In this document: piece by piece, positions 14,131 through 24,059 of the stretch
Position numbering within the stretch: the stretch's first letter is position 1
Layout of the letters: each line of letters starts with the position of its first letter
From: Mytilus californianus
Taxonomy: Eukaryota
Assembly (NCBI RefSeq): GCF_021869535.1
Contig: NW_026262670.1
Span: 5,394,001-5,458,000 of the forward strand
Reading direction: 5' to 3'
Length of the DNA: 64,000 bases
Made by a program: the position numbers and the translations under genes
The notes under the pieces: generated by a model
What the model was told of the DNA's origin: nothing
The model's database searches: none
What the model saw: only the letters and a program-made list of their open reading frames with translations

Positions 14131-17051
14131 ACGCGATCTCGGTAAAATGATTATGTGCTTCTTCGAAGACTTTTATGATAATTTTTAGTATAATTCTATC
14201 AAAAACATTCACATATAGCATATCAAATTGCTCAACAGTCATTAATCTTGCAGGTTAGATAAACTGTGTATTTTTCAATGATCACAGTAGAAAGATATTA
14301 ATAGTTAAAGTAGAACCGACTGATTTGTCTTCGCAGGTATGTTGACAGAAAATTTACGAGTTTTTCTCAATAGAAAAATATTCTACCGTCGTAAAATTGT
14401 GCAGCGGAAGAAATATCATTTCTCTACGGGTTTCTTTCCGTTTTTATTCACTGGACGTATGTTACTCGTCGTAATAAGTTTGTTTTCAGCTGGAGGGAAA
14501 CACACAAAAAGTTCACGCGCCATTGTTTGGTTGCAGATTTTTACGAAAACTTCAAAAAACATTTTTATTCAACCTGAGCGAAATTTCACAGACATCCTAG
14601 ATTCGAATGAATAAAACCAATATCTAGAATATGTATTTGGAATGTCGTTTAATTTAATCTAGCTTTGGGAACTTTTCAGAGAGCGACTTTATGTTCAGTG
14701 GATATGAGGCACTAGAAACTTGACTGTGCTGTATGATGCGTCTCTGCTTTTATTTCCATTTTCATGTAAAATTTGAGCACTTCGTGCTCTAAAACTCGAA
14801 TATGTCTTGTTGAATATATCATATTTTTCAAAAAATATATGTACTTAATTTTATTATCAATTAAACGATGGTCCGTGCTCGAACTGGCCACCTGAAAGTT
14901 TCAATACAAAATATACCAACCAAACCCAAGATTCTTGTATTTTTATAATTCGAAAGTTGTACACATCATTTGCCTCTAAATTAACAATTACAAAGGTTCA
15001 TCTGTTTTTAAAAAAAGGGGGGGGGGGGTTCACGGTGAAGACTCTGGCCATAAATATGCATTTTTCCTATATAGGCTAGGCAAGTATAAGACCAGAATCG
15101 GTACCGGGTGAAGCAGCATACACACGGACGATTCAAAAGAGACATAAAGACAAAAATCACACCAATGTTAACCATTAGACTTGGGGCAAAAATAGTCTCC
15201 ACTGTATTTAACTGAACCCCTTCCCCCACAAAAAAAAAATCCCGAGGAAAAGGGGGGTGTATATATTTTCAATGAATGATAGTTGGACTGAAATATTTGT
15301 TACCTATTGCAACATTAACAAGCAGATTTAATGTAAAAAGAATCCCAAAGCAAGATTGAAACGAAGAAAAAGATATTCTCCGTTAAAAAAATAAATAAAT
15401 AGGTTTCTCTATTGTCTGTTGATTTCTGTGAAGGCCAATTAGCATATAGCGTTTAATGGATGTTAGTTCAAGTCTCAACATGCTGTGGGTTTTTCTTTCT
15501 TTCTTAATTTGTAAACCTTTTTTTCTGTTTCTTTTTCATTTTTGTGGAGGATTATTTTTTTTTTTGGGGGGGGGGGAGTAATTGTTTGACATGAAATTTA
15601 GTTGTTTATGAATAGAACACACACTTTAATAGTAAATCCAAAGTACTATTTAGGTCGTTTTTTATTCCCAGCATGATGGAACTATTTTCTACATGTTAGG
15701 ACAACCTCATGATGTTGACAACCAGTAGAAATTTAAAACTTTTTCTTTCTAGTTCTCTCTTAGTCGTATCAAATCCAGAAAAAAAAGAAATAAGAATCAA
15801 TTTCTATCAAACGTGAATCCTATCCCTCTTTTCAGCTATGGGTAGAAACGTAAACAACAGGACAAGTTTGGCATGTTCTTTGGGACAGAAACCCAACAAC
15901 ACCAGATCGATAGATTTTTTATTTCCAATAGAGGACTTAATCTATAATCAAATATTTCATTCTTGGGCTTTTTATTACTTTCTATCTCCTTTTTTATTTT
16001 CTTCTTTAAATGTTTTTATGAATTATCATATTTGAAGCAATTCTTTTCATATTGACATTGAACGCCTTTTCTCTGTCTCAATATACAGTATTTATCACAA
16101 ATGAAGGAAAATGTCTTGGCGAAAAGAGGTGTGTTTGCTGTCCGGGGGTTAGGGTAGTCTTAATTGAAAACGGCAGCAACAAACGTTTCTCAATGTATAC
16201 ACAAATAAGCGCATTTAATACTGTCAGTCACACATTGTCTGTATATACTAGTAGACTTTGTTTTTCTGTGTCGTTAAGTTGCTGTCATTTCAATATGAAA
16301 ATAACCTCTTCTGTTATATTAGAATCCTACAATTTCGTAAACAATCCTTTAAAATGCATGATACATGTTATCAAAGAAATAAACCCTTTTCTTACCTTTT
16401 GTACAAATGTCCGTCCATCCTTGTTTTAGTTCATAACAGTAGACATGCTACGTATGTGACGTCACTGTATTGTTTCTGGTTTATTCATCTCGCGTGCTTT
16501 GAACAGATTAAAATGACATAACAAAGACACAGACAAGTCGTCAAAACACTAAAAAACAGAGAGAAAAAAGAAGAGAAAAACAAACAGGACAACCCATTTT
16601 AAAGAAACATAAAAGCAAGTAGGTGCATTTATTTCATACACGAGTAAAACAAAGGAAAATTCGAGAGGTGAAGAAAAGTATCAATATGGTTACATAATCA
16701 GCTATCGTCAATAACAGGAACGCTCCTTTTACTATCCCCCCAACCCCAAACACACATCTCCAACGATAGAACCACGATGAAAAGCGAGTCCAAACATAAA
16801 GACTGGTGATATATGAATGTAAGTACACTCGCACTATATATATCTGCATGTAATAAAATGAAAAATAATTGCAGAACTGTTAAATGTTTAACAAAAACCT
16901 CCATACTTTAGAGTTTCCTGCTAACTTTTAATACACAATTGTAGTAATTTTGACAAAAAAAAAAACAAAAACAAAAAATAACAAACGTCACTGCATTCAT
17001 TTTCTATTTGTTTACTTGTATGTTGACAATACATCTATACATCTTTTGTAT

Positions 17052-17240
17052 TGTAAAATTGAGAATGCAAATGGGGAATCATGATGTCAAAGAGACAACA
17101 ACCCGACCAAAGAGCAGACAACAGCCGAAGGCCACCAATGGGTCTTCAACGCAGCGAGAAAATCCCGCACCCGGAGGTGGTCCTCAGCTGGCCCCTAAAT
17201 AAAATTGTGTACTAGTTCAGTGAAAATGGACGTCACATAA
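17052..17240. mobile_element. ~190-bp interspersed (SINE-like) repeat fragment present in every H1 spacer
   Basis: GC-richer island TGTAAAATTGAGAATG...GTCAAAGAGACAACAACCCGACCAAAGAGCAGACAACAGCCGAAGGCCACCAATGGGTCTTCAAC...GGACGTCAC resembles an abundant Mytilus repeat as I recall it (not database-checked). Equivalent copies near 31092, 35603, 40120, 41798, 46303, 50807, 55315, 59819. Confidence 0.5.
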
Positions 17241-17533
17241 TCAGCACATTTTTACAGTATATTAGTACCGAAAAAAGTACTGAGTTTAATTTAGAGTTAC
17301 CTCCCCATTGACTAGTTGATATGAAATAGACGTCCAACCTTTGACATTGCATACGTGTAGAAAAAGTCCTCTAAAAAATTTCAGTCAAGATGAAAATGAA
17401 TAAGAAGGGAGAAAAAAATCACATAATGAGAAAAATGAATTAGTTGGCTGAAGTGTTTAAATGTGTGATTTGCCCCCCAACCCCCCCCCCCCCCAAAAAA
17501 AAAAGAGAATGAATAAAAAAAAATATCACTTCC

Positions 17534-17539
17534 TTTATT
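17534..17539 (-). terminator. Candidate polyadenylation signal AATAAA for H1 (same position in all units)
   Basis: Minus strand GAATAAAGGAAGTGATATTTTTTTTTATTCATTCTCTTTTT: hexamer followed by a T-rich tract, ~320 nt past the stem-loop. Confidence 0.5.
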
Positions 17540-17859
17540 CTTAGATTGTATTTTAATCGAATATTATTTTGAAAGAATTTTAATCAGTTCAAAAAATATG
17601 TGCGTGAAAGTAAAATGATATATCTTTAATATTTCCTTACTAAAAATAATTTTCCCAAAAAGGCAACTGCATAAATGTTAGAAATAGTATACTCTTAAGG
17701 AGTGAAATGAAGCAAAAAATGGAAATAATTTGACTGAAAAAAATATTTCAAAGAACAGTGCAAAGTGAAGAAAAAAGAAAAGGGCAGGGTAGGGCTCAGC
17801 TATATTTAGTTTGATAACTAATGTACAACAATTGTAGATTCTTTTTGAACAAATTGGGT

Positions 17860-17875
17860 AGCCCTTAAAAGGGCT
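17860..17875 (-). terminator. Histone 3' stem-loop (SLBP site), copy 1
   Basis: Minus strand CCAAA-AGCCCT-TTTA-AGGGCT-ACCCA, 44 nt after the stop, followed by purine-rich CAAAAAGAATC (candidate U7 downstream element). Confidence 0.93.
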
Positions 17876-17918
17876 TTTGGTGGCTGAATAGCCTCTGCAG
17901 ACTGTAGTCTGGAACAGT

Positions 17919-18485
17919 TTACTTCTTCTTTGGTGTCTTCTTGGCTTTTGGTTTGGCTGCCTTCTTTTTAGCTGGTGACTTGGCTGCCTTCTTTGGCTTG
18001 GCTGCTTTCTTTGCTGCTGGTTTCTTAGCTTTAGGCTTGGCTGCCTTTTTCTCTCCAGCTGGTTTCTTTGCTGCCTTCTTTTTCTTAGGTGTGCTCTTTG
18101 CCTTCTTTGGCTTGGCAGCCTTAGGTTTAGCTGCTTTCTTTGCCTTTGCTGGCTTCTTTTTAGCTTGTTTTGCTTCTCCAATTCTGAAAGATCCGGATGC
18201 TCCAGTTCCCTTGGACTGCTTCAAACTGTTGTTCTTAACTCCGGCTCTGAGTGCAAGTTTTAAATGAGCGTTTACTGACTTGGCATCTTTTCCGACGTTG
18301 AAGTTGGCCATGATGTACTTCAAAATTGCTTGCCTTGAGGAACCTCCACGTTCTTTCAAAGCAGCGATGGCTTTCCCAATCATCTCGCTGTATTTAGGAT
18401 GTGCTGAAGGCTTCTTTGGCTTAGCTGCTGCCTTTTTCTTTGGTGATTTAGCTGGTGCTGGTGCTGGTGCTGCTACGTCTGCCAT
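17919..18485 (-). CDS. H1: Linker histone H1, 188 aa, copy 1
   Basis: Winged-helix globular domain (HPKYSEMIGKAIAALKERGGSSRQAILKYI...KQSKGTGASGSFRI), Lys/Ala/Pro-rich tail with SPKK/TPKK motifs; intronless; stem-loop downstream. Confidence 0.98.
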   Translation of the reverse strand: MADVAAPAPAPAKSPKKKAAAKPKKPSAHPKYSEMIGKAIAALKERGGSSRQAILKYIMANFNVGKDAKSVNAHLKLALRAGVKNNSLKQSKGTGASGSFRIGEAKQAKKKPAKAKKAAKPKAAKPKKAKSTPKKKKAAKKPAGEKKAAKPKAKKPAAKKAAKPKKAAKSPAKKKAAKPKAKKTPKKK

Positions 18486-18631
18486 TTTGAACGATTCAAA
18501 ATATTATCCTTTACGAAGTTTATACTACAAATAACGATTTGAAAATAACGCCATTCAAGGCCTCGTTTATTTATAACAGACGAACGCGGACCTCGACGAA
18601 GACACCCTTAAAAATAACTTGTAAAATCCAT
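18486..18631 (-). promoter_or_regulatory. H1 proximal promoter: TATA box 18568-18575, H4-box-like AGGTCCG 18587-18593, GGGTG/CACCC box ~18603-18607 (same in all units)
   Basis: Motifs read directly on the minus strand. An H4-box-like element is described for mussel orphon and replication-independent-type H1 promoters. Confidence 0.7.
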
Positions 18632-18871
18632 ATAATTATCGCCCCTGATTAATGGCGGTTGGTGGAAAAATTCACTGGTAAAATATTCTGAGAATCCTGG
18701 GTTTTTTAACAGTTTCCATCATTTAAAATACACCAAATATTTATATCAGAGAGGAAGAAACACTAAGATAACTTCCGATCGATCAATTATATTTACAAAC
18801 ATTTATTTACGCTGATTTACGTGTGTGCACATATAACTATATAAACACGTGTTGACTACAAGCCGGTCATC

Positions 18872-20665
18872 ATGGTAGATTTAGGCAAATTGAAAATTGA
18901 CCTATCGATGGACAAAACCATTAATGACTATCCTCTTTCATCTCTCCCATCAAAGCAAAACAAGAGGACTGGTAAAGCAAAATTAAGCCTTTTCGAGCAA
19001 ATTGACCCAAACTTGTATGATGAACATGCTAAAATCATCACATTCTACACAAACCTTGACAGAATCCAACCATGGATAAAAACACTAGATATTTACTATT
19101 ATGACAATCTTGGAAAGGAACCTGATTATGATATTGAATGGTATGACGAACCCAAAACATGGGAAAACCGAAACAACAGTGGAAATTCTGTGATGATTGA
19201 AGTATTAAAAAAGGGGGAACTTCAATTTAATATTACATTTTTTGTCACAACAGGAACAATAAGAGTACAAGGCAGTCATTATTATGAGTTTGTGGATATT
19301 CATTTTCCAATTCTGAAAGATATTCTTGATAAAGTTCTTACAAACATATCACAAACCAGTCCTACTAATACATGTATTTCACACGAATGTCATGATGACA
19401 ATAACAATACACACATTAATGAATTATGCCCTGTTGACAAGGTCACTTGTGTATTACCTGACTCCCAGACTGGGTTAAAATCAGTACTAGTACAAGAAGA
19501 TCAACCTCAAAAAGATGATTTTCAAAGGCTTGAATTAAATTTAGTTGACACGCTGGCTAAAATAGAACACAGTCACAATGAAAACTTCAGCAAAGTATTA
19601 ACTGCTGTTAAACAATGCAATGATGATGTTCTAGTCTTGGGAAAAGGTAGAAAAGACGACAATGAGATATCAACATTACAATTAAAATATAAAACCGTAC
19701 AAACAGAAAAACAGACTTTGGAAGTTAAACTAAAACACGAGCAAAGCAATATTATGTTAATTAAAGCTCAACATGAAGATCAAATGAAATGTCACAATCA
19801 AATACTGGAGGAGACTAGAGCAGAAATGAAAAAGGTATTAACTACTTCAAACTCTGAGATCGACTTTCTATCGGTAAGCCTACAAACCAAAAATGAAGAA
19901 ATTGACAAACTAACTGATACTCTAAAACGACATACTCAACACTTGGAGAAATTACAAGAAGAAAATATCTCTCTCCGCTCCCAAATGATTTCTCGATTTG
20001 AAGATTTTCATCTTGTTAATGCAGACACGAAATATACTGACAAATCTAAACTTGACATTGATAACAAACCAACAATTATTTTAATTGGTACATCCAATAC
20101 CAAACGTATCAATGCAGAGAAGCTATCGCCATCATTTACAACCAATAAGGTTACTGCTTTCAATTTAGAAGAAACTAAACAAGCTATTTTGGAGATATCG
20201 GATATAATTCCAAATCTAGTAGTGTTTCATTCCCTGACGAATGATTTGAAAATAAAATCACCACAGCAATGTGTAGAAGAAATACAAGATATTGTCAAGC
20301 TTGCACTTCAAAAATGGCAAAATAGTGGTTGCATCATCTCTCTTACTACTCCTCGACTCGACAGTGTAATTTTCAACACAAATGGACAAATCATAAATGC
20401 CTTGTTGAAACAAATATATGATGACAATAAAGATGTTCTACTTGTTGATCATGGCAATATGTTGCGAAATGGAAACCCAATTGCAGAGCTACTAAGTGAA
20501 GATAAATTTCATCTCTCTGACTCTGGCGTGTCTCAGCTATCGGCAAACTTAAAGCGTGGAATACACACTGCCTTAAACATTCCCATGCCAAATTCAAGAG
20601 GTAGATCCAAATCGCGCAACACAAGAGGACGTGGACGTGGACGTGGCAGAGGTCATCATGAATAA
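18872..20665 (+). CDS. LINE ORF1 protein (597 aa): coiled coil, SGNH/GDSL esterase-like domain, RG-rich tail
   Basis: Heptad-like E/K/Q/L-rich stretch at aa ~265-375; SGNH-like blocks IILIGTSN, VVFHSLTNDL, DKFHLSDSG; esterase domains are established in CR1/L2 ORF1s. Confidence 0.85.
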   Translation: MVDLGKLKIDLSMDKTINDYPLSSLPSKQNKRTGKAKLSLFEQIDPNLYDEHAKIITFYTNLDRIQPWIKTLDIYYYDNLGKEPDYDIEWYDEPKTWENRNNSGNSVMIEVLKKGELQFNITFFVTTGTIRVQGSHYYEFVDIHFPILKDILDKVLTNISQTSPTNTCISHECHDDNNNTHINELCPVDKVTCVLPDSQTGLKSVLVQEDQPQKDDFQRLELNLVDTLAKIEHSHNENFSKVLTAVKQCNDDVLVLGKGRKDDNEISTLQLKYKTVQTEKQTLEVKLKHEQSNIMLIKAQHEDQMKCHNQILEETRAEMKKVLTTSNSEIDFLSVSLQTKNEEIDKLTDTLKRHTQHLEKLQEENISLRSQMISRFEDFHLVNADTKYTDKSKLDIDNKPTIILIGTSNTKRINAEKLSPSFTTNKVTAFNLEETKQAILEISDIIPNLVVFHSLTNDLKIKSPQQCVEEIQDIVKLALQKWQNSGCIISLTTPRLDSVIFNTNGQIINALLKQIYDDNKDVLLVDHGNMLRNGNPIAELLSEDKFHLSDSGVSQLSANLKRGIHTALNIPMPNSRGRSKSRNTRGRGRGRGRGHHE

Positions 20666-21262
20666 CTTGCTTTTTAATATTATACATATTACCATATCAT
20701 TATGTTGACTTCCTTTAACATGTTTAAAGTCATTTACATATAATTTATATATACATGTACAACTTTATATATTTCTTCTTTTTTTTGGGCTGATAAATTC
20801 ATATTCACATTTGAATAGATTTTTCAAATGAAACAGCCATTATGTGAAGAAGTCACACTATTACATGGTCATATATATGTAACCTCTGCTAGGTATAAAA
20901 GTTCGCCTTTTTTATTTTATTTTATTCATTTTTATTTTTAGTTTTCACATTTGAATCATACTTTTGATCTTGAATTAACCCAGGATATCAGGTTATTCAA
21001 CCCAAATCAGTTTAATAGTTATTCAGTTAAAAGAGGATACATAGAAAAGAAATTATCTGTCATTATATCATAGACTATTTGTATTTAGAAAACCATTGTA
21101 AAAACTATCCTCTAAATAAATCTACTTATTTCAAATATTTACATTTCTGAATATTTTCCTTGTTGTCTCTTCCTTTTATTTAGAGACAAATTTTTATTAT
21201 TTTTTTTTATAGATAGAAAATCTATTCTATTATTTATACCAGATTTAATTGTATCAACCAAA

Positions 21263-21373
21263 ATGCCAAAATCAAACCAATCATCTGTAAAATTTGGTTA
21301 TTGGAATATAGGTGGCTTATTTTCAAAGGGCATGAATAAAGCAGAGGATCCCCTTTTTCTGAAACATATAGAG
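21263..21373 (+). CDS. 5' fragment of LINE ORF2 (first 37 codons, start of APE endonuclease)
   Basis: MPKSNQSSVKFGYWNIGGLFSKGMNKAEDPLFLKHIE contains the APE first-strand motif (WN); joins in frame to NYDIVFLETH at 24060. Not in the supplied ORF track. Confidence 0.85.
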
Positions 21374-21556
21374 AACAAGAAATGATTGTAACAGGATGCT
21401 GTTACGAAGTCTCCCAAACGAAGCTCCCATAATTCGAAATTCCCAGGGTCGCCTGACATTGGGCAACGTCCAGTGAAAATTGGTTTGGTCAAGTAAAGTT
21501 ATATGCATTAGTGATGCCTGGGGACTAACCTTGTATATCATTCAAATCATCTTGGC

Positions 21557-23545
21557 ATGACAAACCAGAATATATATGGTTTAGGGGTGGAGATCTCAAC
21601 CATTTACAAGATACTAGAATATTGGGGGTGGGGAGGAACCCCTGGGGACTGGCCCTATACGTCATTCAAATGTTCATTACATGACGAACAGGAATATATA
21701 TGGTTAAGGGGTGGCGATCTCAACCATTTACAAGATATTAGAACATTGGGGGTGGGGGGAACCCCTGGGGACTGACCGTATACGTCATTCAAATGTTCAA
21801 GACATGACAAATAGGAATATATATGGTTTAGGGGTGGGGATCTCAACCATTTACAAGATATTAGAACTTTCTCAAATGGCAGGGGGTCGGGATGACCCCT
21901 GGGGACTAACCCTGTCTATCATTCAAACCATCTTCGCATGACAAACCAGAATATATATGGTTTAGGGGTGGGGATCTTGACCACTTAGAAGATATTAGAA
22001 CTTTCTTAAATGGCAGGGGGTTGGGGTGACCCCTGGAGACTAACCCTGTATTTCATTTGATGTGCTTTATCATGACAAACCGGAATATATATGGTTTAGG
22101 GGTGGGGATCTCGACCATTTACAAGATATTAGAACTTTCTCAAATGGCAAGGGGTGGGGGTGACCGCTGGGGACTAACCCTGTATAACATTTGATGTGCT
22201 TTATCATGACAAACCAGAATATATATGGTTTAGGGGTGGGGATCTCGACCATTTACAAGATATTAGAACTTTCTCAAATGGCAGGGGGTCGGGATGACCC
22301 CTAGGGACTTACCCTGTATATCATTCAAACCAACTCAGCGTGACAAACCAGAATATATATGGTTTAGGGGTGGGGATCTTGACCACTTAGAAGATATTAG
22401 AACTTTCTTAAATGGCAGGGGGTGGGGGTGACCCCTGGAGACTAATCCTGTGTTTCATTTGATGTGCTTTATCATGACAAACCAGAATATATATGGTTTA
22501 GGGGTGGGGATCTCGACCATTTACAAGATATTAGAACTTTCTCAAATGGCAAGGGGTGGGGGTGACTGCTGGGGACTAACCCTGTATAACATTTGATGAG
22601 CTTTATCATGACAAACCAGAATATATATGGTTTAGGGGTGGGGATCTCGACCATTTACAAGATATTAGAACTTTCTCAAATGGCAGGGGGTCGGGATGAC
22701 CCCTGGGGACTTACCCTGTATATCATTCAAACCATCTCAGCATGACAAACCAGAATATATATGGTTTAGGGGTGGGGATCTTGACCACTTAGAAGATATT
22801 AGAACTTTCTTAAATGGCAGGGGATGGGGGTGACCCCTGGGGACTTACCCTGTATAACATTTGATGTGCTTTATCATGACAAACCAGAATATATATGGTT
22901 TAGGGGTGGGGATCTTGACCATTTACAAGATATTAGAACTTTCTTAAATGGCAGGGGGTGGGGGTGACCCCTGGAGACTAACCCTGTATTTCATTTGATG
23001 TGCTTTATCATGACAAACCAGAATATATATGGTTTAGGGGTGGGGATCTCGACCATTTACAAGATATTAGAACTTTCTCAAATGGCAGGGGGTCGGGATG
23101 ACCCCTGGGGACTTACACAGTATATCATTCAAACCATCTCAGCATGACAAACCAGAATATATATGGTTTAGGGGTGGGGATCTTGACCACTTAGAAGATA
23201 TTAGAATTTCTTAAATGGCAGGGGGTGGGGGTGACCCCTGGGGACTTACCCTGTATAACATTTGATGTGCTTTATCATGACAAACCAGAATATATATGGT
23301 TTAGGGGTGGGGATCTCGACCATTTACAAGATATTAGAACTTTCTTAAATGGCAGGGGGTCGGGATGACCCCTGGGGACTAACCCTGTATATCATTCAAA
23401 CCATCTTAGCATAACAAACCAGAATATATATAGTTTAGGGGTGGGGATCTTGACCACTTTCAAGATATTAGAACTTTCTTAAATGGCAGGGGGTGGGGGT
23501 AACCCCTGGGGACTAACCCTGTATTTCCTTTGATGTGCTTTATCA
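21557..23545. repeat. ~15 copies of a 134-bp G-rich tandem repeat (first two copies 123-124 bp) inside the Helentron-like element
   Basis: ATGACAAACC-like anchor at 21557, 21681, 21804, 21938, 22072, 22206, 22340, 22474, 22608, 22742, 22876, 23010, 23144, 23277, 23411. Confidence 0.95.
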
Positions 23546-23806
23546 TTTAGAACATTTTCAATTAAAAAGTTTGTGTCTATCACGAACGGTTTTCAATTTA
23601 TAATCATTTGAAAATTTTAAAAAATAAAATCCCATAGGGTTCTATAGTAAAACCCTCTTTTCTTTTTGCCCCTCAAAGTACCCCTTTATAAACCCCATTG
23701 CAAAAACAAAACCCTGATTGCACCACTAGACATGTTAGTCTAACATATTGTGAAACCCTAAGTTAATCCGACAAGCGGTTTTGGAGAACGGGTGCGGACA
23801 AGTTCA

Positions 23807-24049
23807 NNNNNNNNNNNNNNNNNNNNNNNNNNNNNNNNNNNNNNNNNNNNNNNNNNNNNNNNNNNNNNNNNNNNNNNNNNNNNNNNNNNNNNNNNNNNNN
23901 NNNNNNNNNNNNNNNNNNNNNNNNNNNNNNNNNNNNNNNNNNNNNNNNNNNNNNNNNNNNNNNNNNNNNNNNNNNNNNNNNNNNNNNNNNNNNNNNNNNN
24001 NNNNNNNNNNNNNNNNNNNNNNNNNNNNNNNNNNNNNNNNNNNNNNNNN
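23807..24049. other. Assembly gap (243 N)
   Basis: Run of N. Confidence 0.99.
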
Positions 24050-24059
24050 TGGGAGACTT

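Larger units (their letters stand above)
21374..24059 (-). mobile_element. Non-autonomous Helentron/HINE-like rolling-circle element
   Basis: Subterminal inverted repeats AAGTCTCCCA (21407-21416) and TGGGAGACTT (24050-24059); palindrome GTAACAG-GATG-CTGTTAC (21388-21405) beside one of them; AACAAG terminus; inserted at AA/TT; internal tandem array. Confidence 0.8.

Noticed and set aside
13944-14150. 68-aa ORF across the MITE/H1 junction
   Set aside because: Chance open frame spanning two unrelated sequences.
14775-14789. GAGCAC-TTC-GTGCTC hairpin as a possible Helitron 3' end
   Set aside because: No CTRR terminus at the expected distance and no matching 5' end found.
15054-15076. ATGCATTTTTCCTATATAGG in the H1 spacer resembling the MITE target ATGCATATTTTCCTATAAGG in the satellite
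   Set aside because: Short AT-rich match with no extension; likely chance.
16456-16465. GTGACGTCAC palindrome (full CRE site) in each spacer
   Set aside because: About 2 kb from either H1 promoter; its conservation is explained by array homogenisation.
14339-17202. Short spacer ORFs (91, 73, 65, 125, 87, 71, 68, 64 aa) repeated in every unit
   Set aside because: Repeated only because the unit is repeated; low-complexity composition, no domains, and freely broken by homopolymer indels between copies.
17941-18267. 108-aa Ala/Phe/Leu-rich ORF (MAFGLAAFF...), plus the 84-aa and 167-aa ORFs overlapping each H1
   Set aside because: Antisense or alternate-frame shadows of the Lys/Ala codon repeats in H1; no independent signals.
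21557-23545. CRISPR-like or telomeric interpretation of the 134-bp repeats
   Set aside because: No unique spacers and no cas genes, in a eukaryotic context; TTAGGG occurs only once per unit.
23781-24059. N-terminal extension of the 1229-aa ORF and the 89-aa ORF
   Set aside because: Read-through of Ns; the true ORF2 start is at 21263.
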